A stretch of 64,000 bases of DNA, from the NCBI GenBank assembly GCA_043745805.1, contig JAYTSD010000008.1, positions 192,001 through 256,000 of the forward strand, given 5' to 3'. The translations under genes and the position numbers were made by a program. This DNA comes from Fibrobacteria bacterium. GTDB lineage: Bacteria > Fibrobacterota > Fibrobacteria > UBA11236. Of the stretch, positions 1 to 9,054 are shown piece after piece (positions within the stretch are counted from its first letter, which is position 1; each line of letters opens with the position of its first letter). The notes under the pieces were generated by a model. That model made no database searches, was not told where the DNA came from, and worked only from the letters and a program-made list of their open reading frames with translations.

Positions 1-1220
1 CCTTCAAGCTCAAAATTATCTTCAAGTTTTGTAGGAGGTTGATCAGGACATCCATCCTCATCCTTGAAATTATTTACAGTTTCAGGTTGATCAGGGCATT
101 TGTCAATTGACTTACAAGTGCTGGCATATTTACCTGTTTGGCCTTTTTCCGAAACCCATGGGTCACAAATTCCATCTTTGTCATTATCCGCATCAGGACA
201 TCCATCTTGATCTTCAAAACCATCAATATCTTCCGCATCATTAATGCATTTATCTTTGCTATCAGGAATACCGTCATTGTCATTGTCATAGTCAGGGCAA
301 CCGTCATCATCTTGGAAACCGTCCATATCCTCAGGTAAATCTGGGCACAAATCTTTCGAATCCACGATGCCATCATTATCTCGGTCACCATCAATTACTT
401 GAACAGCTTCTTTAGCGATAAGGCCAATGTCTTGGCTACCGTAACCACGACGTAACATGGGTGAACGGGAAGCGCAAAAAAAGTTAGGCGAAGCTAAACT
501 GGGGTTAATGAACATGGGCTCCAAGGAAATATTGGTTTTATTAACCTTGGTATAGCGATTAAAAGGGATAATATTTTGATATATGTTGTTGTAAGTAATC
601 TGACTTTGACCAGATGCGGGATCAGAATAAATGCCGTATTCATGGTTTTCCATGAATATATTGTCTCGCACAACTAAACGACAAGGACCTTTCATGGTAA
701 GACCACTATATCCATTGCGCACTAACACATTATGCTCGATGCGTGTATCCAAGGATTTAGCGCCCCAAGCTAAAATGCCTGACCACCGATTTCCATAAAT
801 CACATTGTTATAAATTTGTGGGAGAGAAATAAAAGCACCTATTCCAGCGCCCACATTATCAATAATCCAGTTGTGATGAATATATGGGGAAGCATTTTCG
901 CATAAAATGCCATCCACACCATTAGTAATGGTGAGTTTCCCAATTTCAGATCCCGTTACTGCATAAACAGCAGGACCTTTGCGCATTCCATCGATTATAC
1001 AACGTAATGGATCGGTTCCTAATAAAATGACGCCCTGTACCAAGGTCACATTTTCACGATAATGTCCCGGGCTTACTAAAACAGTATCCCCGTAATCAGC
1101 GCTGATTAATGCACCATTGATGGTAGGTTGGTTGGCTGGCACTCGAATCACTTTCGCTTGAAGTGCCTCCGGAGCCAGTAAGGTGCAACATAAAAACGCT
1201 GCGTATAAATATTTATGCAT
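1..1220 (-). CDS. Secreted right-handed beta-helix protein with thrombospondin type-3 (Ca-binding) repeats, probably continuing into an OmpA-like domain; 3' end outside window
   Basis: Manual translation (not in ORF track): MHKYLYAAFLCCTLLAPEALQA signal peptide, KVIRVPANQPTI...GDTVLVSPGHYRE beta-helix start, then repeats such as DRDNDGIVDSKDLCPDLPEDMDGFQDDDGCPD. The OmpA domain is inferred, not seen. Confidence 0.85.
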   Translation of the reverse strand, partial: MHKYLYAAFLCCTLLAPEALQAKVIRVPANQPTINGALISADYGDTVLVSPGHYRENVTLVQGVILLGTDPLRCIIDGMRKGPAVYAVTGSEIGKLTITNGVDGILCENASPYIHHNWIIDNVGAGIGAFISLPQIYNNVIYGNRWSGILAWGAKSLDTRIEHNVLVRNGYSGLTMKGPCRLVVRDNIFMENHEYGIYSDPASGQSQITYNNIYQNIIPFNRYTKVNKTNISLEPMFINPSLASPNFFCASRSPMLRRGYGSQDIGLIAKEAVQVIDGDRDNDGIVDSKDLCPDLPEDMDGFQDDDGCPDYDNDNDGIPDSKDKCINDAEDIDGFEDQDGCPDADNDKDGICDPWVSEKGQTGKYASTCKSIDKCPDQPETVNNFKDEDGCPDQPPTKLEDNFELE

Positions 1221-1525
1221 AGATTTCTATCCCTATTTTTCCTCAGTGGTACACACTACAGAATCTGCTAGTGACTGGAACAGTGTCCATCACCAACATA
1301 TCCCCGATCCTTTTTTAAGTCAAACGATTTTTAAAGATATTGTTCATGGCGTAAAAATATTTGCCAAAAACTATTGGGACCCCAACCCAAAATCAAGCAG
1401 TGTATACAAAAGAGCTACAATTTTTCCTACCTTGTATCTCTTGCAACTATTTAGTTCACCTAGCTTTCGCCAAGTGCGTATAACAATCCAAATCCAAGGT
1501 ACATTTTTTGAGAGATTTGTGTAAT

Positions 1526-3091
1526 ATGACAAAACAATTTTGGGTAATATTATTTTTTTTTAGTTTAATTATTTTTGGCTGCCAATCCAAAAATAAAGCC
1601 GAAAATCCTCCACTTAAAGTTATTAATTCTGCGGAGCCGGCAACCCTTGATTTACATCTAGCTACTGGTGCTATTGAATTTCGCATCATAGGTGCCTTGT
1701 TTGAAGGATTGGTTTTACGTGATCCACAGAGTCAAAATATTATGCCTGGTATTGCCCACAAATGGGATATTTCCACCGACAAAAAAAAATACACTTTTCA
1801 TTTACGACCAAGTTGCTGGTCAAATGGAAAGCGCTTAATTGCCAATGATTTTGTTCGTTCATGGCGCCGTTTGGCTGATCCCGTCACCACCTCGGAATAC
1901 TCCTCGCTATTGAATATTGTGGTCAATGGAAATGCTATTCGAGAGAAAAAAATGCCCGTTGACTCCCTTGGAATAAGAGCTGTTGACGATAGTACCTTGG
2001 TGGTTAATATCGAACACCCAGTAGAGTTTTTTTTAAATCTTTGCGCTTTTGAACCTTTATTTCCATTACTTATTGATAGCGTTAATAAATATCAAGAGCG
2101 TTGGACAACACCGGAACATATGATTGGCAATGGACCATTTCGCATGGTGAATTGGAAAAGAAATTTGGAAATTAATTTAGAGAAAAACAACTTTTACTGG
2201 GATACGGGTTCGGTAAAACAGGAAAAAATTTTAATTAAACCTGTGGAAGACCAATTAACTGCCTATAATATGTTTCTTTCGCATGAAGCAGATTGGGTTT
2301 TTGCCATACCACCTAGCAAACTAGAGGTGGCAATTAAATTACCTGAATATTTTTCTCAACCGGTTTTTGGCACCTACTATTATTTGGTGAATTGCAAAAA
2401 AAAAGGTTTTGATTCTAAAGCCTTACGCAAAGCTTTAGCTTATGCTATTGATAGAGAAAAAATAGTGCGACTAGTTTTAAAAGGTGTAGCTAAATCAGCC
2501 ACTGGATTTGTAGCCCCTCTCCCCAATTACCCTAGCTTCACACAATCGCTTTTTCAACCGGACTCTGCGAAATACTATTTGGCGCAAGCAGGTTATAGCA
2601 AAACCAATCCTCCTCCCCACTTTGAAATATTGTATAACAATAGTGAAACCAATAAAAGTATCGCCGAAGTGGTGCAGCAAATGTGGCACGAGGTTTTGGG
2701 ACTCGATGCAGAATTAGTAAATTATGAATGGAAAGTTTATTTGGAGAATACCAAAAATTTAAATTACTCCGCTGTAGCACGCGCCTCTTGGTTTGGTGAC
2801 TTCCCCGATCCCATCACTTTTTTAGAATTGGCGCAATCTACTAATGGAAATAATCGCAGCGGTTACAGTAATGTAGAGTATGACAAGAAAATTCAAGCCA
2901 CCTGGAATATCGCCGAGCCTTCGCAAAGGATGTTAGCCTTACAAGATTGCGAAAAACTATTGTTAGAGGATATGCCGATAATCCCTATATATTTTTACAC
3001 TTTGACCGAGTTGAGAAATCCAAAATTAAAAAACGCCGTCCCTAGTCCACTGGGCATGTATACTTGGAAAAACATCCATTTAGAAAAATGA
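1526..3091 (+). CDS. oppA: Oligopeptide ABC transporter substrate-binding lipoprotein
   Basis: Lipobox IIFGC; EPATLDLH, LFEGLV, GNGPF and RASWFGDFPDP family-5 SBP motifs; ATG at 1526 preferred over the track start. Confidence 0.92.
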   Translation: MTKQFWVILFFFSLIIFGCQSKNKAENPPLKVINSAEPATLDLHLATGAIEFRIIGALFEGLVLRDPQSQNIMPGIAHKWDISTDKKKYTFHLRPSCWSNGKRLIANDFVRSWRRLADPVTTSEYSSLLNIVVNGNAIREKKMPVDSLGIRAVDDSTLVVNIEHPVEFFLNLCAFEPLFPLLIDSVNKYQERWTTPEHMIGNGPFRMVNWKRNLEINLEKNNFYWDTGSVKQEKILIKPVEDQLTAYNMFLSHEADWVFAIPPSKLEVAIKLPEYFSQPVFGTYYYLVNCKKKGFDSKALRKALAYAIDREKIVRLVLKGVAKSATGFVAPLPNYPSFTQSLFQPDSAKYYLAQAGYSKTNPPPHFEILYNNSETNKSIAEVVQQMWHEVLGLDAELVNYEWKVYLENTKNLNYSAVARASWFGDFPDPITFLELAQSTNGNNRSGYSNVEYDKKIQATWNIAEPSQRMLALQDCEKLLLEDMPIIPIYFYTLTELRNPKLKNAVPSPLGMYTWKNIHLEK

Positions 3092-4008
3092 TAAGCACCT
3101 CCCATTGGTCGATTAAAATATTAATACGTCTGGGCATTAATGCCTTAACCCTTCTCTTCATTATCAGCTTGTCCTTTTGGATTATGAAAAATGCACCAGG
3201 CAAACCTTTTGAAACCGAGAAAGCCGCCAGCCCAGCGGTGATGGCCGAATTAAAACAAAAATATGATTTCACTTATGCGCAATACTTAAGTGGAATTTTT
3301 TTTCATGGTGATTTTCGATTTTCGTATTCTCATCGCGATTCTAAAGTGATAGAAATTTTATCCGAAGGCTTACCTATCTCTATGGAATTAGGCTTCTATG
3401 CCTTAAGCTTAGCTGCCATATTGGGATTGATTTCGGGGCTTATGTCTGCTTTATTAAGAGGACAGTGGGTTGCGAGTTTAATTATGGGCGTCGCGGTTTT
3501 AGGTATAGCCCTTCCCAATTTTGTTTTGGGTTCGCTGTTGCAGCTAGTATTTGCTACCCGTTTACGTTGGGTAGATGTAGCTGGTTGGTCTTCCTTTTCG
3601 AATAAACTCTTACCGGTTTTCACCTTAAGTTTAGCCTACTTAGCTTATATAACTCGCATTGCTCGGGGAAGTTTTTTGGATAATTTGCAAAAAGATTATG
3701 TGCGTACTGCACACGCAAAAGGACTTTCGGATTTTACCATATTTTGGAAACATCTATTACGCAATAGCGTGCTTCCCGTTATTAATTATTTGGGGCCGGC
3801 AGCCGCTTATATTTTAACGGGAACTTTAGTGGTGGAAAAAATTTTCAATATTCCAGGTATGGGTCGCTATTTTATTGAGTCGGTATTCCAAAGAGACTAT
3901 CCCTTAGCTTTAGGCGTCATTATCGTTTACTCTTGCTTTTTATTATTGTTCAACCTTATCACCGATATTGTACAAACCTTTATTGATCCTCGAATCCAAT
4001 TACAATAA
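3088..4008 (+). CDS. oppB: Oligopeptide ABC transporter permease
   Basis: APGKPF, DYVRTAHAKGLS, VEKIFNIPGMG and DPRI motifs; ATGA overlap with oppA stop. Confidence 0.92.
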   Translation: MISTSHWSIKILIRLGINALTLLFIISLSFWIMKNAPGKPFETEKAASPAVMAELKQKYDFTYAQYLSGIFFHGDFRFSYSHRDSKVIEILSEGLPISMELGFYALSLAAILGLISGLMSALLRGQWVASLIMGVAVLGIALPNFVLGSLLQLVFATRLRWVDVAGWSSFSNKLLPVFTLSLAYLAYITRIARGSFLDNLQKDYVRTAHAKGLSDFTIFWKHLLRNSVLPVINYLGPAAAYILTGTLVVEKIFNIPGMGRYFIESVFQRDYPLALGVIIVYSCFLLLFNLITDIVQTFIDPRIQLQ

Positions 4009-4853
4009 TGCGAACCACTTCTCCATTTTGGCTTGGACTCAAAACTATTTGTCGTGACAGGCGAGTTACTGTATCTTCAATGATACTGTTCTCCATGATC
4101 CTTGCAGTAATTGTTGGCCCCTGGTTTACGCCACCATTTGAAAAACAGATTCTTGAGCAGCAATTACAATCACCCACATTTTCCCACTGGTTAGGAACCG
4201 ATCATTTAGGTCGAGATTTATTAGCAAGAATTTTAACCGGGGGGCGTCTATCTCTGTCCATTGGCATTATTGCCACCGCCATTAGTATTTTTGTGGGTAC
4301 AATTTATGGTTGCATTTCGGGATTTTATGGTAAAAAAACCGATATGTTGCTTATGCGTATAGTCGATATACTCTATGCACTCCCTTATATGTTTTTAGTC
4401 ATTATTCTTATTTTTCAATTCGGGAAAAATATTTATGTACTCTTTGCTGCACTCGGCTTGGTACAGTGGTTGACCATCGCACGTATTGTACGTGGACAAG
4501 TGCTTGCACTAAAAAACGAAGAATTTATTTCGGCAGCGAAAGCATTAGGAGCAAGTAATTTGCGCATCATTTTTCGCCATATCATTCCCAATGTATTAGG
4601 TATCGTTTTAATTTATGCGACGCTAACGGTTCCCTCAGTAATTTTACAAGAATCATTTTTAAGCTTTTTAGGACTAAATGTGCAAAACTGCACTTGGGGT
4701 GTTTTAATTGCGGATGGGAAAGACTATATGGATAGCGGATGGTGGCTTATTCTATTTCCGAGCCTGACTTTGACGCTGTGCTTATTGTGTATGAATTTCT
4801 TGGGCGACGGCTTAAGAGATGCCCTCGACCCAAGTCTTTCAAAATCAAAATAA
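4008..4853 (+). CDS. oppC: Oligopeptide ABC transporter permease
   Basis: HWLGTDHLGRD, EEFISAAKALGAS, ESFLSFLGL and NFLGDGLRDALDP. Confidence 0.92.
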   Translation: MRTTSPFWLGLKTICRDRRVTVSSMILFSMILAVIVGPWFTPPFEKQILEQQLQSPTFSHWLGTDHLGRDLLARILTGGRLSLSIGIIATAISIFVGTIYGCISGFYGKKTDMLLMRIVDILYALPYMFLVIILIFQFGKNIYVLFAALGLVQWLTIARIVRGQVLALKNEEFISAAKALGASNLRIIFRHIIPNVLGIVLIYATLTVPSVILQESFLSFLGLNVQNCTWGVLIADGKDYMDSGWWLILFPSLTLTLCLLCMNFLGDGLRDALDPSLSKSK

Positions 4854-4860
4854 CGATAAA

Positions 4861-5040
4861 TTACTTCTCATCGCCTTTTTTTGAAGTTTGAATAGTTACA
4901 CGAATATCCTGCGATATTTTTTTGATATTCTGCAATACTTTACGAGCTCTTGTGCCCGCGCTTTTATTGCCACGTTCAAATTTTTCAAACTCTTCTTTGA
5001 GAGTTGCGATTTCATTTTCCAAAGCTAAAATATTGTTCAT
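4861..5040 (-). CDS. Small histone H1-like (Hc1 family) protein, 59 aa
   Basis: Manual translation MNNILALENEIATLKEEFEKFERGNKSAGTRARKVLQNIKKISQDIRVTIQTSKKGDEK; GNKSAGTRARK signature; GGAGG RBS upstream; too short for the ORF track. Confidence 0.85.
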   Translation of the reverse strand: MNNILALENEIATLKEEFEKFERGNKSAGTRARKVLQNIKKISQDIRVTIQTSKKGDEK

Positions 5041-5161
5041 TTATGACCTCCAAGTTAAACCAGACCTAAAATCTGGTCAAATTCGCCACTTTTAATTTGC
5101 AATTGAAAGCGGTAAATGTCAAACCCAAATTTTATTTTTTTTAAAATAAAGGGCATTTTCC

Positions 5162-6031
5162 TCACTCATTCTCAACTAAAATGGTCATTTCCTGCATTTT
5201 TTGCAAAAATGGTCGTCCAATTTCTAGATCCGAACATCCTTCTAAACCCACGATTCCCTTTGTGGAGCCATAAACCAAAATAGGGATGTTTAAGTCCGTT
5301 AGCCCCTCGAAAACTAACTGTTCATGCTCCAAAGTATCCACCTGTCCGTGCCAGCCTTTTATCAACTCTAAAAAATGAATTCCGCTATTTTTTAATAAGC
5401 GAAAGGCTATGGCGGTATCTTGATGACAATTATACTGTGCAGAAAAAATGGGTTTATCGATTTTTTTTCCCAAATAGTTTTCCGAATAAATTCTTTCCGA
5501 ATTAAGAACGCGATTTTGAAATAAAAAACTATCGAAAATTTTTGGTTTAGAGGGAAAGTTACTTATTTTTTTCAGGTTTTCTTGCACATACGTTTCAGGA
5601 ATAAAATCATGCGATGCTAGCTCGAGTTTCCCTAAGAAACTGCCTTGTGTAAAATAAACTGTATTGCCTTTACGGAAGTATTCGTTTTGAAAACAAAAAT
5701 TACTTTCATTCGATGCTTTGGCCAATTCACTAAACTCTTGATAGGCAAAGTAGTCTTTACTAAAACGAAACAAATTTAAAGTCATAGTATCATTACCGAG
5801 GAAAACTCGAAAGCTTTGATCAATGGGTTTTAAAAGCATAGAATTTTTTTCCGTAGAATCGTTAACCGGTAATAGCGACCCCGTTTGAGAATTCCAAGTA
5901 AAATGCTTAACCCATTCCCCTTCGGCTTCCTTTAACGCTTGCTCCCCACAGCCAATTATCCCAATCAAAATAAAAGGGGAAAGGAAAAAGCAAATGAAGC
6001 AGAAAGGGGAAAAAAATGGGGTTTTATGCAT
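5162..6031 (-). CDS. Hypothetical lipoprotein
   Basis: Long ORF, hydrophobic N-terminus ending IGIIGC; ATG overlaps the upstream stop (TAATG). Confidence 0.65.
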   Translation of the reverse strand: MHKTPFFSPFCFICFFLSPFILIGIIGCGEQALKEAEGEWVKHFTWNSQTGSLLPVNDSTEKNSMLLKPIDQSFRVFLGNDTMTLNLFRFSKDYFAYQEFSELAKASNESNFCFQNEYFRKGNTVYFTQGSFLGKLELASHDFIPETYVQENLKKISNFPSKPKIFDSFLFQNRVLNSERIYSENYLGKKIDKPIFSAQYNCHQDTAIAFRLLKNSGIHFLELIKGWHGQVDTLEHEQLVFEGLTDLNIPILVYGSTKGIVGLEGCSDLEIGRPFLQKMQEMTILVENE

Positions 6032-6858
6032 TATACTTTTGCCTCCGTGCAAATTTTATTTAAAGGGCATTTTTTACAACTTGCGAAAAATATTCGGCAG
6101 GCATAATCAGTAGCCTCTTTTTGTAAAAAAATTTCTGCTCCTGAATAAATTATCGTTGGGTTTTTGGGAAAAAGACTTTGAAAAAAAACATTAAAATATT
6201 GATGCTTTGCCTGTGGTGTTTCCCAAGGCAAAAGCTTTGCGTTTTTTAAAGGCCCTAAAGTAAAAACAATACGACTTTGATTTTGGGTAACCGGTAATTT
6301 AAAATCCACCCAATAGGCACTAGGCCAAGTAAAAATATCTATTTGACTTACTAGCCATAAAAAAAGACGGGGTTTATTTTGATAAGCCGAAGTTTTACCC
6401 ATTAAATATATTTCTTGGCTCAAAGGAGTAATGGCCTTTTCTGCCTGAGAAAACCTATTTAGCCACTTAGATAAACCTTTATATTGAAAAAAGAAATCAC
6501 AGACACTGCGCAAAATACCTGGAATCTTTTCTCTTAAAGGATGATTTCCTAAAGGTTTATACGCCAAGATAAAATTTTGCAAAGTGTTAAATTCCAATTT
6601 ATTTAATCGGAAAATATCATTTCCGTATTCTTTGAAAAGTGCGACTAAAAAATTGAGATTCGTGTCTTCTTTAAAACCGGAAAGCGCCGCATAAAAAAGT
6701 AAAATACCTGTGCCTTTATCATCATCTATTTTAAAGGGAAACTGAGGATTTGATCCGTCTTTAAAAGCAGTAAAGAGAGCTGGCTTTTGTTTTTGTACAG
6801 CCAAAAAATAATTTCGAAGAGCTTCCGCAATTTGCGGGTTTCTCTCCGTCCAATTCAA
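6031..6858 (-). CDS. Hypothetical protein with a C-terminal endonuclease III-type 4Fe-4S motif
   Basis: C-terminal CRIFFASCKKCPLNKIC matches C-x6-C-x2-C-x5-C; coupled to psd by an ATGA overlap. Confidence 0.65.
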   Translation of the reverse strand: MNWTERNPQIAEALRNYFLAVQKQKPALFTAFKDGSNPQFPFKIDDDKGTGILLFYAALSGFKEDTNLNFLVALFKEYGNDIFRLNKLEFNTLQNFILAYKPLGNHPLREKIPGILRSVCDFFFQYKGLSKWLNRFSQAEKAITPLSQEIYLMGKTSAYQNKPRLFLWLVSQIDIFTWPSAYWVDFKLPVTQNQSRIVFTLGPLKNAKLLPWETPQAKHQYFNVFFQSLFPKNPTIIYSGAEIFLQKEATDYACRIFFASCKKCPLNKICTEAKV

Positions 6859-7694
6859 TCGGCTAGCCCTTGACCCATTCTTAGCTTAACAGGACCATCG
6901 GCAAGGGAAACATTAAAGTTACCTATCAGATGTGAAGTGCCAATCAAAATAACCGTGGATCCTAATTCAAAACATCCGAGCCCTTGGCCCTTTTCTAAGT
7001 ATAGAGGTTGCTCAGGAATCCAAATTATTTCGCTACGCTTACCCCATTTATTGGCATGTAAAGTGGGCAAGAAATCTAAAGTAATGCGGCCTACATTGGT
7101 AGCACCCACCATAATAACTAAAATTTTTTCGCCAGCATTTTCCAACTCCACAATAATTCGTTCATTCACCGTGAAAAGACCATCAATATGCTGCACGCTC
7201 CACGTATTTACTGGCCATAAAGCACCAGGTAAATAGGTAACTTGAGTAATACGTCCGCCTATGGGCGCGTGAATGCGATGGTAATTGTAAGGGGCTAAAT
7301 AAATTGTTTGATAAAATCCATTTAAATAAGGCTCTGCATCGATTTGCTTACCGATTAAACCCTTTAAGGTATAATCTTTCCCTTTGATTTGGGTTAACTT
7401 AGGTGTTTCCCCCACTAATTTACCCATTTGCGTTAAAGTTCCATCTACCGGTGACACCAAAGTATTTTTAGCAATTGGCCTTGCGCCACTTTTTAATTGG
7501 CGAATAAATAAATCGCTCAAGGTCGCATAATGATCCTGAGGAAACTCGGCGTCACTCATGTCTAAGTGATAAGCTCTTACAAAAAAATCGCGAATAATTT
7601 TATTTAGGTCAAAGGGTAAATGCTTTCGGGTTAAAACACCAAAAGCATAACTCAACCAATTTTTGGGGACTAAATAAAGCAGATAAAAAAACAT
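6855..7694 (-). CDS. psd: Phosphatidylserine decarboxylase proenzyme
   Basis: SPVDG, YLAPYNYHRIHAP, VGATNVG and the LGST autocleavage motif (FELGSTV). Confidence 0.95.
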   Translation of the reverse strand: MFFYLLYLVPKNWLSYAFGVLTRKHLPFDLNKIIRDFFVRAYHLDMSDAEFPQDHYATLSDLFIRQLKSGARPIAKNTLVSPVDGTLTQMGKLVGETPKLTQIKGKDYTLKGLIGKQIDAEPYLNGFYQTIYLAPYNYHRIHAPIGGRITQVTYLPGALWPVNTWSVQHIDGLFTVNERIIVELENAGEKILVIMVGATNVGRITLDFLPTLHANKWGKRSEIIWIPEQPLYLEKGQGLGCFELGSTVILIGTSHLIGNFNVSLADGPVKLRMGQGLAD

Positions 7695-7727
7695 AAGGGG
7701 GAATTTATAAAAATGAAGGAGGTTTAT

Positions 7728-7811
7728 TGCGGTCGCGCGGACTTGAACCGCGAAGGGGTTGCCCCCACCAGCACCTCAAGCTGGCGTGTCTACCAATTTC
7801 ACCACGACCGC
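7728..7811 (-). tRNA. tRNA-Leu(GAG)
   Basis: Reverse complement GCGGTCGTGGTGAAATTGGTAGACACGCCAGCTTGAGGTGCTGGTGGGGGCAACCCCTTCGCGGTTCAAGTCCGCGCGACCGCA folds as a cloverleaf with long variable arm and GAG anticodon; CCA not encoded; classic position after secG. Confidence 0.97.
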
Positions 7812-7821
7812 GAAAACTTTT

Positions 7822-8211
7822 TTACTTACTTGGAGCTGGTTCGGAGGTTTCTACACCAGGAATAGCACCTGGAGCCGTTGGCAATGCAGAAGGCATAGTC
7901 GAAGTGGGTAAGCCACTCGAAAGACCTTTTTGAGCAGATTTCAATTCCGATTCAGCTTGTGTGCTATGCGAAAGCTTTGCAGAAATCACATTAAGTCCAA
8001 GTATAACCACGAATAACCCTACCGCCACCCAAGTGGTAATGGTGGTAATGAAAGTCGCTGCGGATGAACCGGAGAATGCAGCATTACTACCCATTCCACC
8101 AAATGCACCGGCTAAACCGCCACCTTTATCATTTTGGATTAATACCAAAAGTATAAGCAGCAAGCAAACTAAAACGTGAACAATAATTAAGATGTTGAAC
8201 CAGATATTCAT
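7822..8211 (-). CDS. secG: Preprotein translocase subunit SecG
   Basis: LVLIQNDKGGGLAGAFGG, two TM helices, tpiA-secG-tRNA-Leu synteny. Confidence 0.95.
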   Translation of the reverse strand: MNIWFNILIIVHVLVCLLLILLVLIQNDKGGGLAGAFGGMGSNAAFSGSSAATFITTITTWVAVGLFVVILGLNVISAKLSHSTQAESELKSAQKGLSSGLPTSTMPSALPTAPGAIPGVETSEPAPSK

Positions 8212-8233
8212 TTTGGCCTAGTTGGTTAGGATT

Positions 8234-8995
8234 TTAAACGGCCTGAATAATACCTAAAAAGCTATCGGCTTTCAAGGAAGCGCCACCAATTAATCCACCA
8301 TCTACGTCGGGTTTTTGTAATAAACCTTTAGCATTGTCTGGCTTCATGCTTCCACCATATTGAATGCGAATCACTTCCGCAGTTTGCGAGTCATAAAGCT
8401 TAACCAATAATTGACGAATAAATAAATGCACCTCTTGTGCTTGTTCATCACTAGCGGTTTTGCCAGTTCCAATTGCCCAAACGGGTTCATAAGCAATTAC
8501 CGTTTTTTGCGCATCAGCCGCACTCAAGCCAGTATAGGCTCCACGAATTTGCATCTCCACCACTTTTTCGGTAAGATTGCGTTCACGTTCCGCTAAAGTT
8601 TCGCCTACACAAACAATAGGCGTTAAACCTTCGGTTAAAACTTTTTTGGTTTTGCGATTTACTGTTTCATCGGTTTCATGAAAATAAGTGCGTTGTTCGG
8701 AATGCCCTAGTATCACAAATGTTACCCCGATGGCTTTAAGCATATCTACCGAAACTTTGCCGGTAAAGGCGCCTTGATTTTCCCAATGTGCATCTTGTGC
8801 GCCTACATGAATACCCGTACCCTGTAAGATACTAGCTACTTTTTCTAAAGCTAAAAAAGTGGGGCAAACGATAATTTCGGCTTTGTTTTGCCAATCGCCT
8901 TGTTTAGCTAAGGCTAAAATATCCATAGCCAACTGCGCCGATTCCGCAACAGTTTTATTCATTTTCCAATTACCTGCAATAATTTTCTTACGCAT
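8234..8995 (-). CDS. tpiA: Triosephosphate isomerase
   Basis: IAGNWKMN, LGHSEQR, AYEPVWAIGTG, YGGS and DGGLIGGASL. Confidence 0.98.
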   Translation of the reverse strand: MRKKIIAGNWKMNKTVAESAQLAMDILALAKQGDWQNKAEIIVCPTFLALEKVASILQGTGIHVGAQDAHWENQGAFTGKVSVDMLKAIGVTFVILGHSEQRTYFHETDETVNRKTKKVLTEGLTPIVCVGETLAERERNLTEKVVEMQIRGAYTGLSAADAQKTVIAYEPVWAIGTGKTASDEQAQEVHLFIRQLLVKLYDSQTAEVIRIQYGGSMKPDNAKGLLQKPDVDGGLIGGASLKADSFLGIIQAV

Positions 8996-9054
8996 TATTT
9001 CTCATTATTCTTTATCAATTATTTATCTGCTACTTATCTATTACTGTGGATGGG

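Noticed and set aside
74-394. Met-rich 106-aa minus-strand ORF and the 138-338 plus-strand ORF
   Set aside because: Off-frame readings of the Asp-rich TSP3 repeats of the real 1-1220 gene
1183-1689. ORFs 1183-1524 (+) and 1456-1689 (-)
   Set aside because: They span a divergent promoter region or overlap oppA, with no recognisable motifs
7695-7822. tRNA-Leu as an integration site
   Set aside because: No integrase and no duplicated tRNA 3' end seen; flanks are housekeeping genes
7727-7933. 68-aa plus-strand ORF
   Set aside because: Antisense shadow of tRNA-Leu and secG
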